A DNA stretch of 64,000 bases from a virus. The stretch lies in IMG/VR virus record IMGVR_UViG_3300014205_000225, positions 2,826 through 66,825 of that record, one strand, 5' to 3'. Both the position numbers and the translations under genes were made by a program. The notes under the pieces were generated by a model. That model was not told where the DNA came from, ran no database searches, and was given only the letters and a program-made list of their open reading frames with translations. Of the stretch, positions 63,810 through 64,000 are shown piece by piece. Numbering within the stretch: position 1 is the stretch's first letter; every line of letters starts with the position of its first letter.

Positions 63810-64000
63810 TTGTTACCTCCAAAAGTGTTAATAGAGAATATCCAACCAGCGGAGCGGTCCCTGCGGGCAGCTCACCGCGCCGCGTTATATGACTACCAAA
63901 GATTAAACGGGCAAAAAATTACAGACATTCGTGTCTTGCTTGGAGTTTCAATCAGTGCAGAACGCCACCCCCGTACCTTAATGACTTTGCTTTGTTTGCC

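Overview
The window is most of a tailed dsDNA phage (siphovirus) genome with three blocks. (1) 1-9.6 kb, minus strand: early/accessory genes, including a SNF2/HARP helicase, a MoxR-like AAA ATPase with a VWA-metallopeptidase partner, a DUF3150-like protein and many small ORFs separated by repeated hairpins and RBS cassettes. (2) 10.2-39.65 kb, plus strand: virion genes, i.e. terminase, DUF1073-type portal, DUF2213-type protease/scaffold, encapsulin-like HK97-fold major capsid, two glycosyltransferase-like genes, a GC-rich fibre module, a long non-contractile tail with GTA-type tip, and an amidase endolysin. (3) 39.7-64 kb, minus strand: split SbcCD, RecA, SSB, clamp loader, clamp, split family-A polymerase, a 7-deazaguanine DNA-modification cluster (dpdA, PRTase-folE fusion, queC, queE, queD), helicase, DnaC, initiator, primase and ThyX. 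I found no integrase, tRNA, CRISPR array or reverse transcriptase. The most unusual signals are: an inverted second copy of the initiator's internal origin-like sequence between terL and portal; a divergent sigma54/IHF/palindromic-UAS-like control region; a conserved structured RNA-like motif on both sides of ssb; two paralogous winged-helix-like proteins, one inside the deazaguanine cluster; the PRTase-FolE fusion; and a tail-tip protein with an inserted M14 carboxypeptidase and Kelch propeller. All family calls come from recognising motifs by eye, not from database searches.
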